Shown here: in pieces, positions 1 to 10,810 of the stretch | Position numbering within the stretch: position 1 is the stretch's first letter | Layout: each line of letters begins with the position of its first letter | NCBI RefSeq assembly: GCF_026210795.1 | Contig: NC_089435.1 | Coordinates: forward strand, 4,092,001-4,156,000 | Direction: 5' to 3' | DNA length: 64,000 bases | DNA from: Rhizophagus irregularis | Taxonomy: Eukaryota | Made by a program: the position numbers and the translations under genes | Notes under the pieces: model-generated | What the model was told of the DNA's origin: nothing | Seen by the model: only the letters and a program-made list of their open reading frames with translations | The model's database searches: none

Positions 1-2
1 AC

Positions 3-143
3 TGGATTTGGTCAGATGGTATATCCTCCTTACCATTCGGTCACTGGCGTATTCAAGTATATAAGAAACTTCTTGAGCGTGGTACAAGTCATGAGGCAGC
101 AGAAAAAATAGCTATAGGGACCAGATTACCAGAGAAATATTAG
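3..143 (+). CDS. C-terminal end of a protein-primed family B DNA polymerase (partial, outer element)
   Basis: Translates WIWSDGISSLPFGHWRIQVYKKLLERG...KY*, which matches the C-terminal motif of the inner pPolB (KKWIAQDNITMYAHGDYRI). Confidence 0.65.
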   Translation, partial: WIWSDGISSLPFGHWRIQVYKKLLERGTSHEAAEKIAIGTRLPEKY

Positions 144-215
144 AATGATATAGAATAGTTTAGTGATACTTAGGCATATATTAATAATAAATTATATTTT
201 TTCCCGATAGTTAAA

Positions 216-488
216 ATGGAAGACGATCCAATCTATGATATACATAGTGAAGAATATATCGATGACCTTATACATATCACAATTCAGAGAGGTCTCTTTA
301 AAGATGTAGAGGATGCAATAAAAAGTATAAAGGCATTAGCTAAAATGGTCATAAGTTCTAAGACTAGTATTGATGCATTTAATATGAAATGCCCTGTACC
401 AAACATTCCAAATGCCTTTTATGACTTAGTAGAGGCATTTTATTATTCAATACTAAGAGAAAGACAATCATTAGCACATGACATCTAA
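216..488 (+). CDS. Hypothetical protein, 90 aa (outer element)
   Basis: Intact intronless ORF with normal composition, directly after the pPolB end. Confidence 0.55.
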   Translation: MEDDPIYDIHSEEYIDDLIHITIQRGLFKDVEDAIKSIKALAKMVISSKTSIDAFNMKCPVPNIPNAFYDLVEAFYYSILRERQSLAHDI

Positions 489-580
489 CAGATTTCTGGG
501 AGGTGTCATATGATAAGATATTCTATGGAATTCTTCAGAATTCTTTGGAATTCCAAATTTTTTTTTCGTAATAAGAACTA

Positions 581-1018
581 ATGTCTTTCAACCAGGTATA
601 CACTGAGCTACTAGTTATATTACCAGCTTCTGTAATACATGAGGCATGGATTCGTCTCACAACAAGGAAGCGCAGTCCACTATCTGTGTTCGATGCCAGC
701 GGAGTAAATTCCATGGTAGAGTTATTTTTGAAACATGAAGTAGAAAGATACCAGAAAAAATTAGCACGTCAGAGACTAACTGTTAAACAGACATATATGC
801 CAAGAAACAGAATGACACAAGACATGATTAGTAAAGAGGTTTCCATACTTCAGAAGCACTTGCTTGAATATAATAAGGTTACTTTTGGCCGATTCATGCA
901 GAACCTTACTAAAGAACATGAGAAATTGATCAAGACAAATCATCAGATACGACATGAAATTGATACCATGAAGAAGCAAGTACGAGAAATAGAAAAAAAA
1001 CTTGCTTCCATGTCGTAG
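581..1018 (+). CDS. Hypothetical protein with C-terminal coiled coil, 145 aa (outer element)
   Basis: Intact intronless ORF that converges on the 3' end of the Gag-PR-ZnF frame (stop at 1025-1027). Confidence 0.6.
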   Translation: MSFNQVYTELLVILPASVIHEAWIRLTTRKRSPLSVFDASGVNSMVELFLKHEVERYQKKLARQRLTVKQTYMPRNRMTQDMISKEVSILQKHLLEYNKVTFGRFMQNLTKEHEKLIKTNHQIRHEIDTMKKQVREIEKKLASMS

Positions 1019-1359
1019 TTCCCATTATTCATCAAGAAATAGACGAATGGGTACTGTTGCTTCACTCAAATTTTGTGTGGATTGCGCATGGGATTTTTTT
1101 ACTGTGCATAGACTTTGCATGGACTTTGCATGGGAAATTTTAACTGCACATGGGCTTTGCATGGGCTTTCACAGGTCGAACAGATGTCATTGTCGCAAAA
1201 TTTGCCTGGAATTTTTCTGGCAAATTGAGAATTATCCCGGTAAATTGAGGTAAATTGTGTTACAATTTTGGGATAATGGAGGACTTACAATTTGGCAAAT
1301 TTTGTCAAAATGGCGGAATTCCTACAGAATTCCTAATTCAAATGTTGAGAAATTTTTCA

Positions 1360-1837
1360 GTAAATTATCATTAAATTGTGGGAAATTTTAGGCAAATTTT
1401 TAGTAATGTTATGCAAACGAAGTGTAAATTGTGGTGAATTTAGTTAAATTTTTAGTAATTTTATGCAAATGTAATGTAAATTGTGGTGAATTTTAGGCAA
1501 ATTTTTAGTAATTTTATGCAAACGAAGTGCAAATTGTGGTGAATTTAGTTAAATTTTTAGTAATGTTATGTAAACAAAGTGCAAATTGTGGTGAATTTAG
1601 TTAAATTTTTAGTAATTATATGTAAACGTAATGTAAATTGTGGTGAATTTAGTTAAATTTTTAGTAATGCTATGCAAACGAAGTGCAAATTGTGGTGAAT
1701 TTAGTTAAAATTTTAGTAATGTTATGTAAACAAAGTGCAAATTGTGGTGAATTTAGTTAAATTTTTAGTAATTATATGTAAACGTAATGTAAATTGTGGT
1801 GAATTTAGTTAAATTTTTAGTAATGCTATGCAAACGA
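1360..1837. repeat. Subterminal tandem repeat (~58-bp unit), resumes at 5518-~5930
   Basis: Unit AAATTGTGGTGAATTTAGTTAAATTTTTAGTAATGTTATGCAAACGAAGTGC occurs about 8 times and is interrupted by the 1838-5517 element. Confidence 0.9.
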
Positions 1838-2228
1838 CATCAGCAAGTTTGAAAAGTGTTGATTCACACCAGTATACGCGTTAATCAACACCAGCTAGTT
1901 GTTCAACGCGTTTTACAATATTAATCAACACCCGTATACTAGAGTATATTAACGCATAATGCTAATATACGCGTTGTTCAACTCTAATGTGTAGTTCAAC
2001 ACATTATGCATTGTTGTTCAACGCGCTGTATATTAACACTTAATTAAATTAAATTATATTTATTTTTACTCACCTTAGGAATTGAACCAAACACCTCAAC
2101 TTATACTATTAATTATCTCACGATCTAACCACTGTACTATTTAATTTAAGTATATATTATATATATTAAAATTAATATTTAAAAAAAAATTATTTCAGCA
2201 TTGCGTAATGTACTCTATATCATGTGTA

Positions 2229-2320
2229 TCACGTGATAATGGATTATTAATAATTACCGCTGCGGACTGCGGTATGGCGAAAAAAAAATTAAGCTTTTTT
2301 TAGCAAGCTTAATTTTTTTT
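2229..2320 (+). promoter_or_regulatory. Conserved leader/promoter module (CACGTG, two hairpins) upstream of a micro-exon array
   Basis: TCACGTGA...TAATTACCGCTGCGGACTGCGGTAT...AAAAAAAATTAAGCTTTTTTTAGCAAGCTTAATTTTTTTT, then a pyrimidine-rich tract. A near-identical module sits on the minus strand at 8556-8658. Confidence 0.55.
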
Positions 2321-2699
2321 CGCTTCTCTTTCACTTTCGTTCTATTTCTCCTTTCACTTTCGTCCCATTTTCCCCCTCTCACTTTCACTTTCACTTTCTT
2401 CCCATTTTCCCCTTTTACTTTCCCCTTTCACTTTCGTCCTGTTTCTCCTTCCACTTCGTCCCGTTTTCCCTTCATTTTCTTCCCGTTTTCTCCTTTCTCT
2501 CTCGTTTCATTTAGTTCCCTTCACTTTTCTTTCCATTCTTCCTTCGTTTTCCCCTTTCCCTTTTCGTTCCTCCTTTTCTCTTTCGTTCTGCCCTTCCAAC
2601 TCCCGTAAAATGAGTTCCATTCAACGGAAATGTAGATAATTTGATAAATTCCGTAATATAAGGTTATTAATTCCAGAGATATAAGCCTTTTACAGAAAA

Positions 2700-5070
2700 A
2701 CTTTTGGTGAGTTTCGCAACGAAACATTGCGAAACTATTTTTCATTTTCTAACGAAACGTTGTTTAACGCGTTTAAATAATTTTTTTAAATTTATTTAAT
2801 CGAACGTTATCTAACGTTCGATTATTTATTTTCTTTTATTTTTTTAATCGAACGTTGAAAAACGTTCGAAATATAATTTTTTTAATTTCTTTAATCAGAG
2901 CGTTGGCTAGCGTTCCGATTATTTTTTATTTTATTTTTTAACGAAACGTTGAAAAGCGTTTCATTTATTCTTTTTTTAACTTCTTTAATCAGAGCGTTGG
3001 ATTAAGCGTTCGATTTATTTTTTCTTGTTTTAAGCAAAGCGTTTTTAACGTTAGATTGTCTTTTTTTTCATTCCTTTTAATCCGGGCGTTGAAAAAGCGT
3101 TCGATTTACATTTTTTCTTTTTTAAGAAGCGTTTTTAGCGTTTCGTTAATAACTTTTTTTTCTTTTTTTTTAATCGAACGCTGGGCTAACGCTCCGATTT
3201 TTTTATTTTTTATTCTTTTTTTAATCGTAAACGCTTTTAAGCTGTTAATAACTTTTTTTCATTTTAAATCTGAACGCTACTAACGCTCCGATTATTTTTT
3301 TATTCATTTTTTTTAATCGAACGCTTGAAAAACGCTCCAATTAATTATTTTTTTTATTTTTTCTTTTTAATCGAACGCTAACGCTCCGATTAATTTTTTA
3401 TTTCATTTTTTTAACGAAACGCTAAAAAACGCTTTCAAATATTCTTTTTTTAAATTTTTTTAATTGGAACGCTAGCTAACGCTCCAATTTTTTTATTTCA
3501 TTTTTTAACGAAACGCTTATTAACGTTCGTAATATAATTTTTTTAATTTTTTTCAATCGGAACGCTAACGCTCCGATTTTTTATTACATTTTTTAACGAA
3601 ACGCTTATTAACGTTTCGTAATTTTTTTTTCATTTTTTTTTCCTTTCTTCTTTTAGGTCAGCGGGTGGGCTTCAGGTTCGAAGAACGGAAAACCAAGATT
3701 CGTAAGATAAGTACGAATCTTGGTTTAATTTTTTTTTCTTTTTTTTTTTAATATTATTAATGAACGGTTACTAATAACCGTTTTTTTCTTTTTTTAGGTT
3801 TTGGGTGGGCTTCCAAAGATCAGAAAACCCAAAGATTCATAAGTAAGAATCTTTATATATATATTTTTTTGTTTTTTGATTAATGAACGGTTACTAATAA
3901 CCGATCTTCTTTTTATTTTTTTAGGTTCGGTGGGCTTCCAAAGAACGAAAACCCAAAGATTCGTAAGTACGAATCTATATTTTTTTTTGTTTTTTTAATT
4001 TTATTAATGAACGGTTACTAATAACCGTTCTTTTCATTTTTTTAGGTTCGGGTAGCTTATGGTCTTTGGAAAAAGTGGAACCAAGTTTCGTATTACGAAT
4101 CTTGGTTTTATTTATTTTTTTTTTTAATATTATTATGAACGGTTACTAATAACCGTTCTTTTTTTTGTTTAGGTTCGGGTGGTTTTCCAAAAATCAGAGG
4201 AACCAAGATTCGTAAGTATTCCGAATCTTGGTTTTAATTTTTTTCTTTTTTAAAAAAAATACTATGAACGGTTACTAATAACCGTTCTTTTCTTTGATTT
4301 TTATAGGTTCGGGTGATTTCCGACGAATGGATGAACCAAGATTCGTAAGGTATGAATACGAATCTTGGTTTTATTATTTATTTTTTATTATTATTTTGGA
4401 ACGGTTTACTAACCGTTCTTGTATTTTTTTTTATAGGTTTGGGTGGGCTTCCGAAGAACGGAAAACCTAAAGATTCGTAAGGAATCTTTACTTTTTTTTT
4501 ATTTTTTTAATTTTTTTATTATTATGAACAGTTTACTAACCGTTCTTGTATTTTTTTTTTAGAAGTTCGGGTGGGTTTCGGACAAATGAAGGAACCAAGA
4601 TTCGTAAGTACGAGTACGAATCTTGGTTTTTGTTTTTTTATTATTATTTTGGAACGGTTTACTAACCGTTCTTTTTTTTTATAGGTTCGGGTGGGCTTCC
4701 GAGTTCGGAATAATGGAAAAAAAAACCAAAGATTCGTATTATGATACGAATCTTGGGTTTTTTTTTAATTTGTTTTTTTTATCTCTTTTTTATAGGTATC
4801 CGGTTCCTTCAGCGTTGGACTTTTAATTAGATTTCTCAACGTTAGACGCGGCGTTGCTGTAGATTAGCATTTTGGAATGAATTGGTAAGTTTCGAATAAA
4901 ACTTACATTTTTTTATTTTATTTTTTTTATTTTTTTTTAAATTTCTCTTTTCTTTTTGTAGTCCTCGGTCAGATTTTTAGAATAAGATTGTGTAAGTTTC
5001 GTTAACGAAACTTAATTTTTGTGTTTTTTTTATTTGAAACCTTATCTTGTTATGGTTGTATCACCAGGGG
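2700..5070 (+). ncRNA. Putative spliced non-coding transcript: tandem micro-exon/structured-intron array
   Basis: About 9 units of TTTAG|GTTCGGGTGGGCTTCC...CCAAGATTC|GTAAG...TACGAATCTTGG...GAACGGTTACTAATAACCGTTC...TTTAG. Exon lengths vary (~38-55 nt) and do not preserve frame. Confidence 0.5.
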
Positions 5071-6059
5071 CGCTTTGTCAACGGAAATTTAGTACATTGA
5101 TCGCTTAAAAATCCGCGGCAATCTAATTATAACAAGAGGAATTGATTTTTCATTAGATAATTTGATAATTTAATGTAATTTGTATTGTAACTGTATTTAT
5201 AAATAAATTTACAATTAATGAAATGTTAATAATATACAATAATATATATATTAATAAATTAATACTATTAAATTAACTACATTGCTATACGCGTTTTTAA
5301 TATCAATATACACGTTTTTATACATTATATACACGTTATTAAACTAGTGTTATTTTACTGTATGTTGTTTTACACATAAAACACTGTTGCACTACGCGGT
5401 TTTCAACATTTTTAAGTGGTGTTGATTGACAAAGGGTTCGTATCTCTACACTTTTTGGTGTTGAGCAACACATGGCGTTTTTCAACACTTTATACGCCTG
5501 TTTAAAACTTGCTGATGGAAGTGCAAATTGTGGTAAATTTAGTTAAATTTTTAGTAATGTTATGCAAACGTAATGCAAATAGTGGTAAATTGTAGTGTAT
5601 TTTTAGTAATATTATGTAAATTGTTGAAAATTTAGGTAAATTTTTCAGCAATGTTGTGCAAACGTAATACAAATTGTGGAAAATTGTGGTGAATTTTGCA
5701 TTTTTTTGGTAAATGTTAGCTAGATTTTTGAATAATTTAGTGAAATTTAGGATAATTTCAGACAATTGAGTGAAAATGTTTTACCGATTTTGGACAATTG
5801 AGTGTAAACGATATAAATGCAACATTTTTGAAGATAATTTAGTGAAATTTTGCAATAATTTCAGATAATTGAGTGAAATTTTCGGACAATTGAGCGAAAT
5901 TTAGTAATAATTTTAAACAATTTAGTGTAAACGCCATGACAATTTAAAACACTGATTTATAATCTATTATAATTTTATTTATTAATAAATGCACAATTAT
6001 TATTATTTAACGATAATCTATATTTATCAGATATCCGATAATCTATGGATAATCCGCAC

Positions 6060-8300
6060 CAGTGCCAAAATAGAAAACCTAAAAAAGAAAAAAAACGAAA
6101 CATTAATATACGTTTCGTAAAAAAAAATAAATTAAAGAAACATTTCGAAGTTATATACCTTCGAAATGTTGAATTCCATACGTCCAATAAGCCGCTGAAC
6201 CTAAAAAAGAAAAAAAATGAAACATTAATTTATGTTTCATGAAAAAAATTAAATTAAAGAAACATTTCGAAGTTATATACCTTCGAAATGTTGAATTCCA
6301 TACGTCCAATAAGCCACTGAACCTAAAAAAGAAAAAAAACGAAACATTAATTTATGTTTCGTGAAAAAAATTAAATTAAAGAAACATTTTGAAGTTATAT
6401 ACCTTCAAAATGTTGAATTCCATACGTCCAATGAGCTGCTGAACCTAAAAAAGAAAAAAACGAAACATTAATAACCGTTTCGTTGAAAAAAATAAAAATA
6501 AAAAATATTTCAAAGTATACCTTCGAAATATTGAATTCCGGTCTGTTCAATGGCTGCTGAACCTAAAAAAAAAAAAATGAAGCGTTAATAAACACTTCGT
6601 TGAAAAATAAAATAAAAAAATTTCGAAGTATACCTTCGAAATATTCCCTTTCGTTTTCCCTTTCCCTTTCGTTCTCACCCTTCCCTTTCATCTTCTCTTT
6701 CGTTTTCTCTTTTCCTTTACATTTTTCACCTTCCCCTTTCATTTTTCACATTCCCCTTTCATTTTTTACCTTTCCCTTTCGTTCTCATCTTTCTCTTTCC
6801 TTTCGTTCTCACCTTTCCCTTTCATTCCTTTAACCTATAAAAAAACAAAAAATAAATGAAACTTAAATAATGTTTCGTTATATAATAAAAGAACACCCCA
6901 CCAAATGCCCAGAGTTTCCTTTGTCTCCTCCAATTACTTGGATGGATTCTTCAATTCATTCACCTTTGCCAAGCACTTTCTTTTTGAACTTCTTAACCAT
7001 TTTAGTTCCAATTTGGCAGAAGTGGATGTTAAGGTGATCTATAAAAAAAATTGAAATGTTAGTTAACGTTTCGTTAAGAAATAAAGAAAAAAATATAAAC
7101 AAAAATAAAATTCCCTTTATTACCTTTCACCCAAAGTCCGGTTCGTGAATTCGTTCCGGCGTTCCTACAAAAAGTAAAGGAAAGAAACGTTTAATATCGT
7201 TTCTTTAAAAAAAAACAATAAATTAAGTTTCGCAACGATTCGTTGCGAAACTCACCAGGTCGTTTCATCCAAACGTCCAGAACCTACAAAAAGAAGGAAA
7301 GAAACGTTAGTTAACGTTTCTTTTAATAAAAAAAAAATAAAAAATTAAGTATCGCAATGTAACATTGCGAAACTTACCAGTTCGTTTCCATCATTCTAAC
7401 GTCCGGAACCTACAAAAAGTAAAAAAGAAACGTTAATATAAACGTTTCTTATAATAAAAAAATAAAAATTAAGTTTCGCAATGTAACATTGCGAAACTTA
7501 CCATCATCCTAACGTCCGGAACCTACAAAAAGTAAAATAAAGAAACGTTAGTTAACGTTTCTTAAAAAGAAATAAATAAAAATAAAGTTTTGCAACACAA
7601 TGTTGCGAAACTCACCAGTTCATTTCGAACTCATCATCCAAACGTCCGGCGTTCCTACAAAAAGAAAAAGGAAACTTAGAAACGTTTCCTTACAAAAAAA
7701 AGAAAAAAATTTTTTTCTTAAAAGTTTCGAAGCGTACAACAACACGCTTCGAAACTTACCAATTTGCCTTCCAAAGTCGAATATCGAAAAATCTCTACAA
7801 AAAAAAATAGGAAACGTTAGAAACGTTTCCTTACAAAAAATTAAAAAAAAAATAATTTTTTTTAAAAAGTTTCAAAGCGAAACGCTTCGAAACTTACCCT
7901 TTCGGTTCCTTGCTTCCCGAAGTCGAATACCGAAAGACCTACACAAAAAAAGAAAGAAAGGAAACGTTAGAAAAGTTTCCTAAAGAAATTAAAAATTTTT
8001 AAAAAGTTTCGAAGCATATGCTTCGAAACTTACCATTTCGAATCCCAAAGAAGCATGCCGAAAGACCTACACAAAAAAAAAATAAGAAACGTTAGATACG
8101 TTTCCTAAAGAAATTAAAAAAAAAACACTGTTTCGAAGCGAACTCGCTTCGAAACTTACCCTTAATTTCCTAAATTTCCAAAATCGAATATCGAGATCTA
8201 AAAAAAGAGAGTATAGGAAGCGTTAGAAACGTTTCCTAAAAGAAATTAAAAAAATATATTAAAAGTTTCGAAGCGAACGCTTCGAAACTTACCATTTCGT
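6060..8300 (-). ncRNA. Putative spliced non-coding transcript: second micro-exon/structured-intron array
   Basis: On the minus strand, repeated TTTTAG or TGTAG | short exon | GTAAG, GTGAG or GTATA, with hairpins at the 5' splice site and AAGAAACGTT-AACT-AACGTTTCTT branch-point hairpins; roughly 15 units. Confidence 0.5.
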
Positions 8301-8555
8301 TGGAATTTTCTGGGAAGGGAAAGGGGAAGGGGAGAGAAAGAGGGGAAAAGGGCGAAGGGAAGGGAAATGAAACGAAAAGGGAGGAAGAGAACGAAAGGTA
8401 AAGGGAAAATGGAGGGGAGAAAAGGGGGAAATAAAACGAAAAGGGAGGAGGAGAAAGGGAAAGGGGAAATGGAACAAAAGGGAGGGGGAGAACGAAAGGG
8501 AAAGGAAAGGGAACGAAAGGGAAAGGGGAAAGGGAAGAAAGAAAGAGGACGTGAG

Positions 8556-8658
8556 AAAAAAAATTAAGCTTTTGCTAAAAAAAGCTTAATTTTTTTTTTC
8601 GTTATACCGCAGCTGAAGCTGCGGTAATTATTAAGTAATATCACGTGACGCACGTGAT
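8556..8658 (-). promoter_or_regulatory. Second copy of the conserved leader/promoter module
   Basis: Reverse complement reads TCACGTGCGTCACGTGA...TAATTACCGCAGCTTCAGCTGCGGTATAACG-A-run-TTAAGCTTTTTTTAGCAAAAGCTTAATTTTTTTT, then a pyrimidine tract. Confidence 0.55.
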
Positions 8659-9361
8659 ATATAATTTTATATAAATAGGGGCTTTCCCCCGCCCCAGAAT
8701 TTTTTTTTTTATTTTAATAATTTTAAATAGATGTATATATATGCTTATATATACATATATATATATCTATTAACTAATACTTTACGAAAAGCCCCTCTTC
8801 TGTAAACAGGTAGAGGTCATAAAGTACCTATAGGGGGAGAGCCATTGCTGCTCCCTCCGCCTGTTTATAGTGACAAAAGAGGGAGTCTTCAGTAGTAAGG
8901 TTTAGTATTAAATTACATCACAACACATCGTGTTATATTAACAATGTGTTTAATGTTAAATAATGCGTTTAAAATATAAATATTATAAATTTAATAATGT
9001 ACGTAATTAAATAAATAAAAATTATCATCAATTTTTAATGTAATTAAGTGTAATGCTACGTTATCCAATGTAATTGTAGTATTTTTTTTGTGTTTTTTAG
9101 TGCAATTCCGCGTTTTTTAGTGCAATTCCGCATTTTCTAGCATAATGTTACATTTTCCAGTATAACGCGAAATTTTTTAAAAAAAAAATGATAATTGTGG
9201 TATTTTTTAGTGTAATGCTACATTGTCTAGTGCAATTGTGGTATTTTTTAGTGCAATTCTGAATTTTCTAGCATAATGTTACATTTTCCAGCATAACACG
9301 AAATTTTCTAAAAAATATGATAATTGTGGTACTTTTTAGTGTAATGCTACATTGTCTAGTG

Positions 9362-9605
9362 TAAGGTTGCTTGTCGAAACCTAGGGGTTTAAGCAAGATG
9401 GCGTTTCGCCAAAAAGCGAAATTCTGCCGAAACTATATTAAAGTTATATTAAAAAACTGGCGAAACTTTGGAGAATGGCGAAACTGCTGAAACTTATTAT
9501 AAACGCCGAAACTGCCGAAACTCTGTCGAAACTATAATAAATCTATAGTAAAATTTTGACGAAATTAATCGTAGGATTTTGAAGAGGTTTAGACAAGCAA
9601 CTTTA
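9362..9605 (+). mobile_element. hAT-type MITE (244 bp), copy 1
   Basis: TIRs TAAGGTTGCTTGTC...GACAAGCAACTTTA; 8-bp TSD GTCTAGTG (9354-9361 / 9606-9613). Confidence 0.9.
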
Positions 9606-9776
9606 GTCTAGTGTAATTGTGGTATTTTTTAGTGCAATGCCGCATAATCTAGTATAGTGCTACATTTTTTAGTATAATTTAATGTAATGTGGAATTTTCC
9701 AAAAAATGAGATAATTGTGATGCTTTTTAGTGTAATTTGGTGAAATGCTACATTTTCCAGTGTAATGCTATATTAC

Positions 9777-10020
9777 TAAAGTTGCTTGTCTAAACCTCTT
9801 CAAAATCCTACGATTAATTTCGTCAAAATTTTACTATAGATTTATTATAGTTTCGGCAGAATTTCGGCAGTTTTGGCGTTTATAATAAGTTTCAGCAGTT
9901 TCGCCATTCTCCAAAGTTTCGCCAGTTTTTTAATATAACTTTAATATAGTTTCGGCAGAATTTCACTTTTTGGCGAAATGCCATCTTGCCTAAACCCCTA
10001 GGTTTCGGCAAGCAACCTTA
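9777..10020 (-). mobile_element. hAT-type MITE (244 bp), copy 2 in inverted orientation
   Basis: Reverse complement of 9362-9605 with few substitutions; 8-bp TSD TATATTAC (9769-9776 / 10021-10028). Confidence 0.9.
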
Positions 10021-10810
10021 TATATTACTGAGCATTTTCAAAAAAAAATGTAAAATCTTAACATTCTGACGAAAATGAAACATTTTGACCAAAAAAACGT
10101 AAAATTTGCTGAAAATATGCAACATTTGACAGAAAATATAGAATTTTCATAAAAAATACACCATTTGCAAGAAAATCGGAATATTTGACAAAATTTGAAT
10201 TTAATTGACAATGTTATAACAATTTTATGAAATGTTGTTACAATGATATCACATTGAAGATAAAATGTGGCATTTTCATAAAAATGCACCATTTGCAAGA
10301 AAATTGGAACATTTGACAAAAAAAAAGCAAAATTTGATTTTAATTGACAATGTTATAACAATTTTATTAAATGTTATTACATTTGAGGTAAAATGTGAAA
10401 TTTTCATAAAAATGCACCATTTGCAAGAAAATTGGAACATTTAACAAAAAAAAAGCAAAATTTGATTTTAATGACAATGTTATAACAATGTTACGAAATG
10501 TTACAAAAATGTTACATTTGAGATATAATGTAGCATTTTCTCAAAATTTCATAAGATTTGCTAAATCGGACAATGTTGTAACAATGCTATTCCAAAAAAT
10601 TGCTCAGCGTAATGCAGCATTTTCCACAATTTCCCACCATTTTCCAGGAAAATGGGGAATTTGCATTTTTTGAATTTTGGACAATGGCGCCCCTTCGACC
10701 TGTGTTTGCATGGGACTTTTTTACTGCACATGGATTTTTTCGTAAAAAATGTTGTCTAAGATTAGAAGGATATGGGAATTCCTTCCTACAATGCTGACAG
10801 GTATGATCAG

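Larger units (their letters stand above)
1838..5517. mobile_element. Non-autonomous TIR transposon (CMC-like, 3.7 kb) carrying a micro-exon array
   Basis: TIRs CATCAGCAAGTTT...AAACTTGCTGATG; 2-bp TSD GA (1836-1837 / 5518-5519) within the satellite unit GCAAACGAAGTGC. Confidence 0.85.
1170..10704. mobile_element. Non-autonomous CMC/CACTA-type DNA transposon (9.5 kb)
   Basis: TIRs CACAGGTCGAA...TTCGACCTGTG; 3-bp TSD TTT (1167-1169 / 10705-10707); subterminal repeats at both ends; removing it restores an open frame of the outer element; no transposase seen. Confidence 0.85.

Noticed and set aside
3650..4760. CRISPR-like repeat/spacer array
   Set aside because: The context is eukaryotic, there are no cas genes, the 'spacers' are homologous or T-rich, and the units carry splice signals.
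8772..8911. Imperfect long hairpin as a pre-miRNA or MITE
   Set aside because: It is single copy here, has many mismatches and no TSD, so it cannot be supported.
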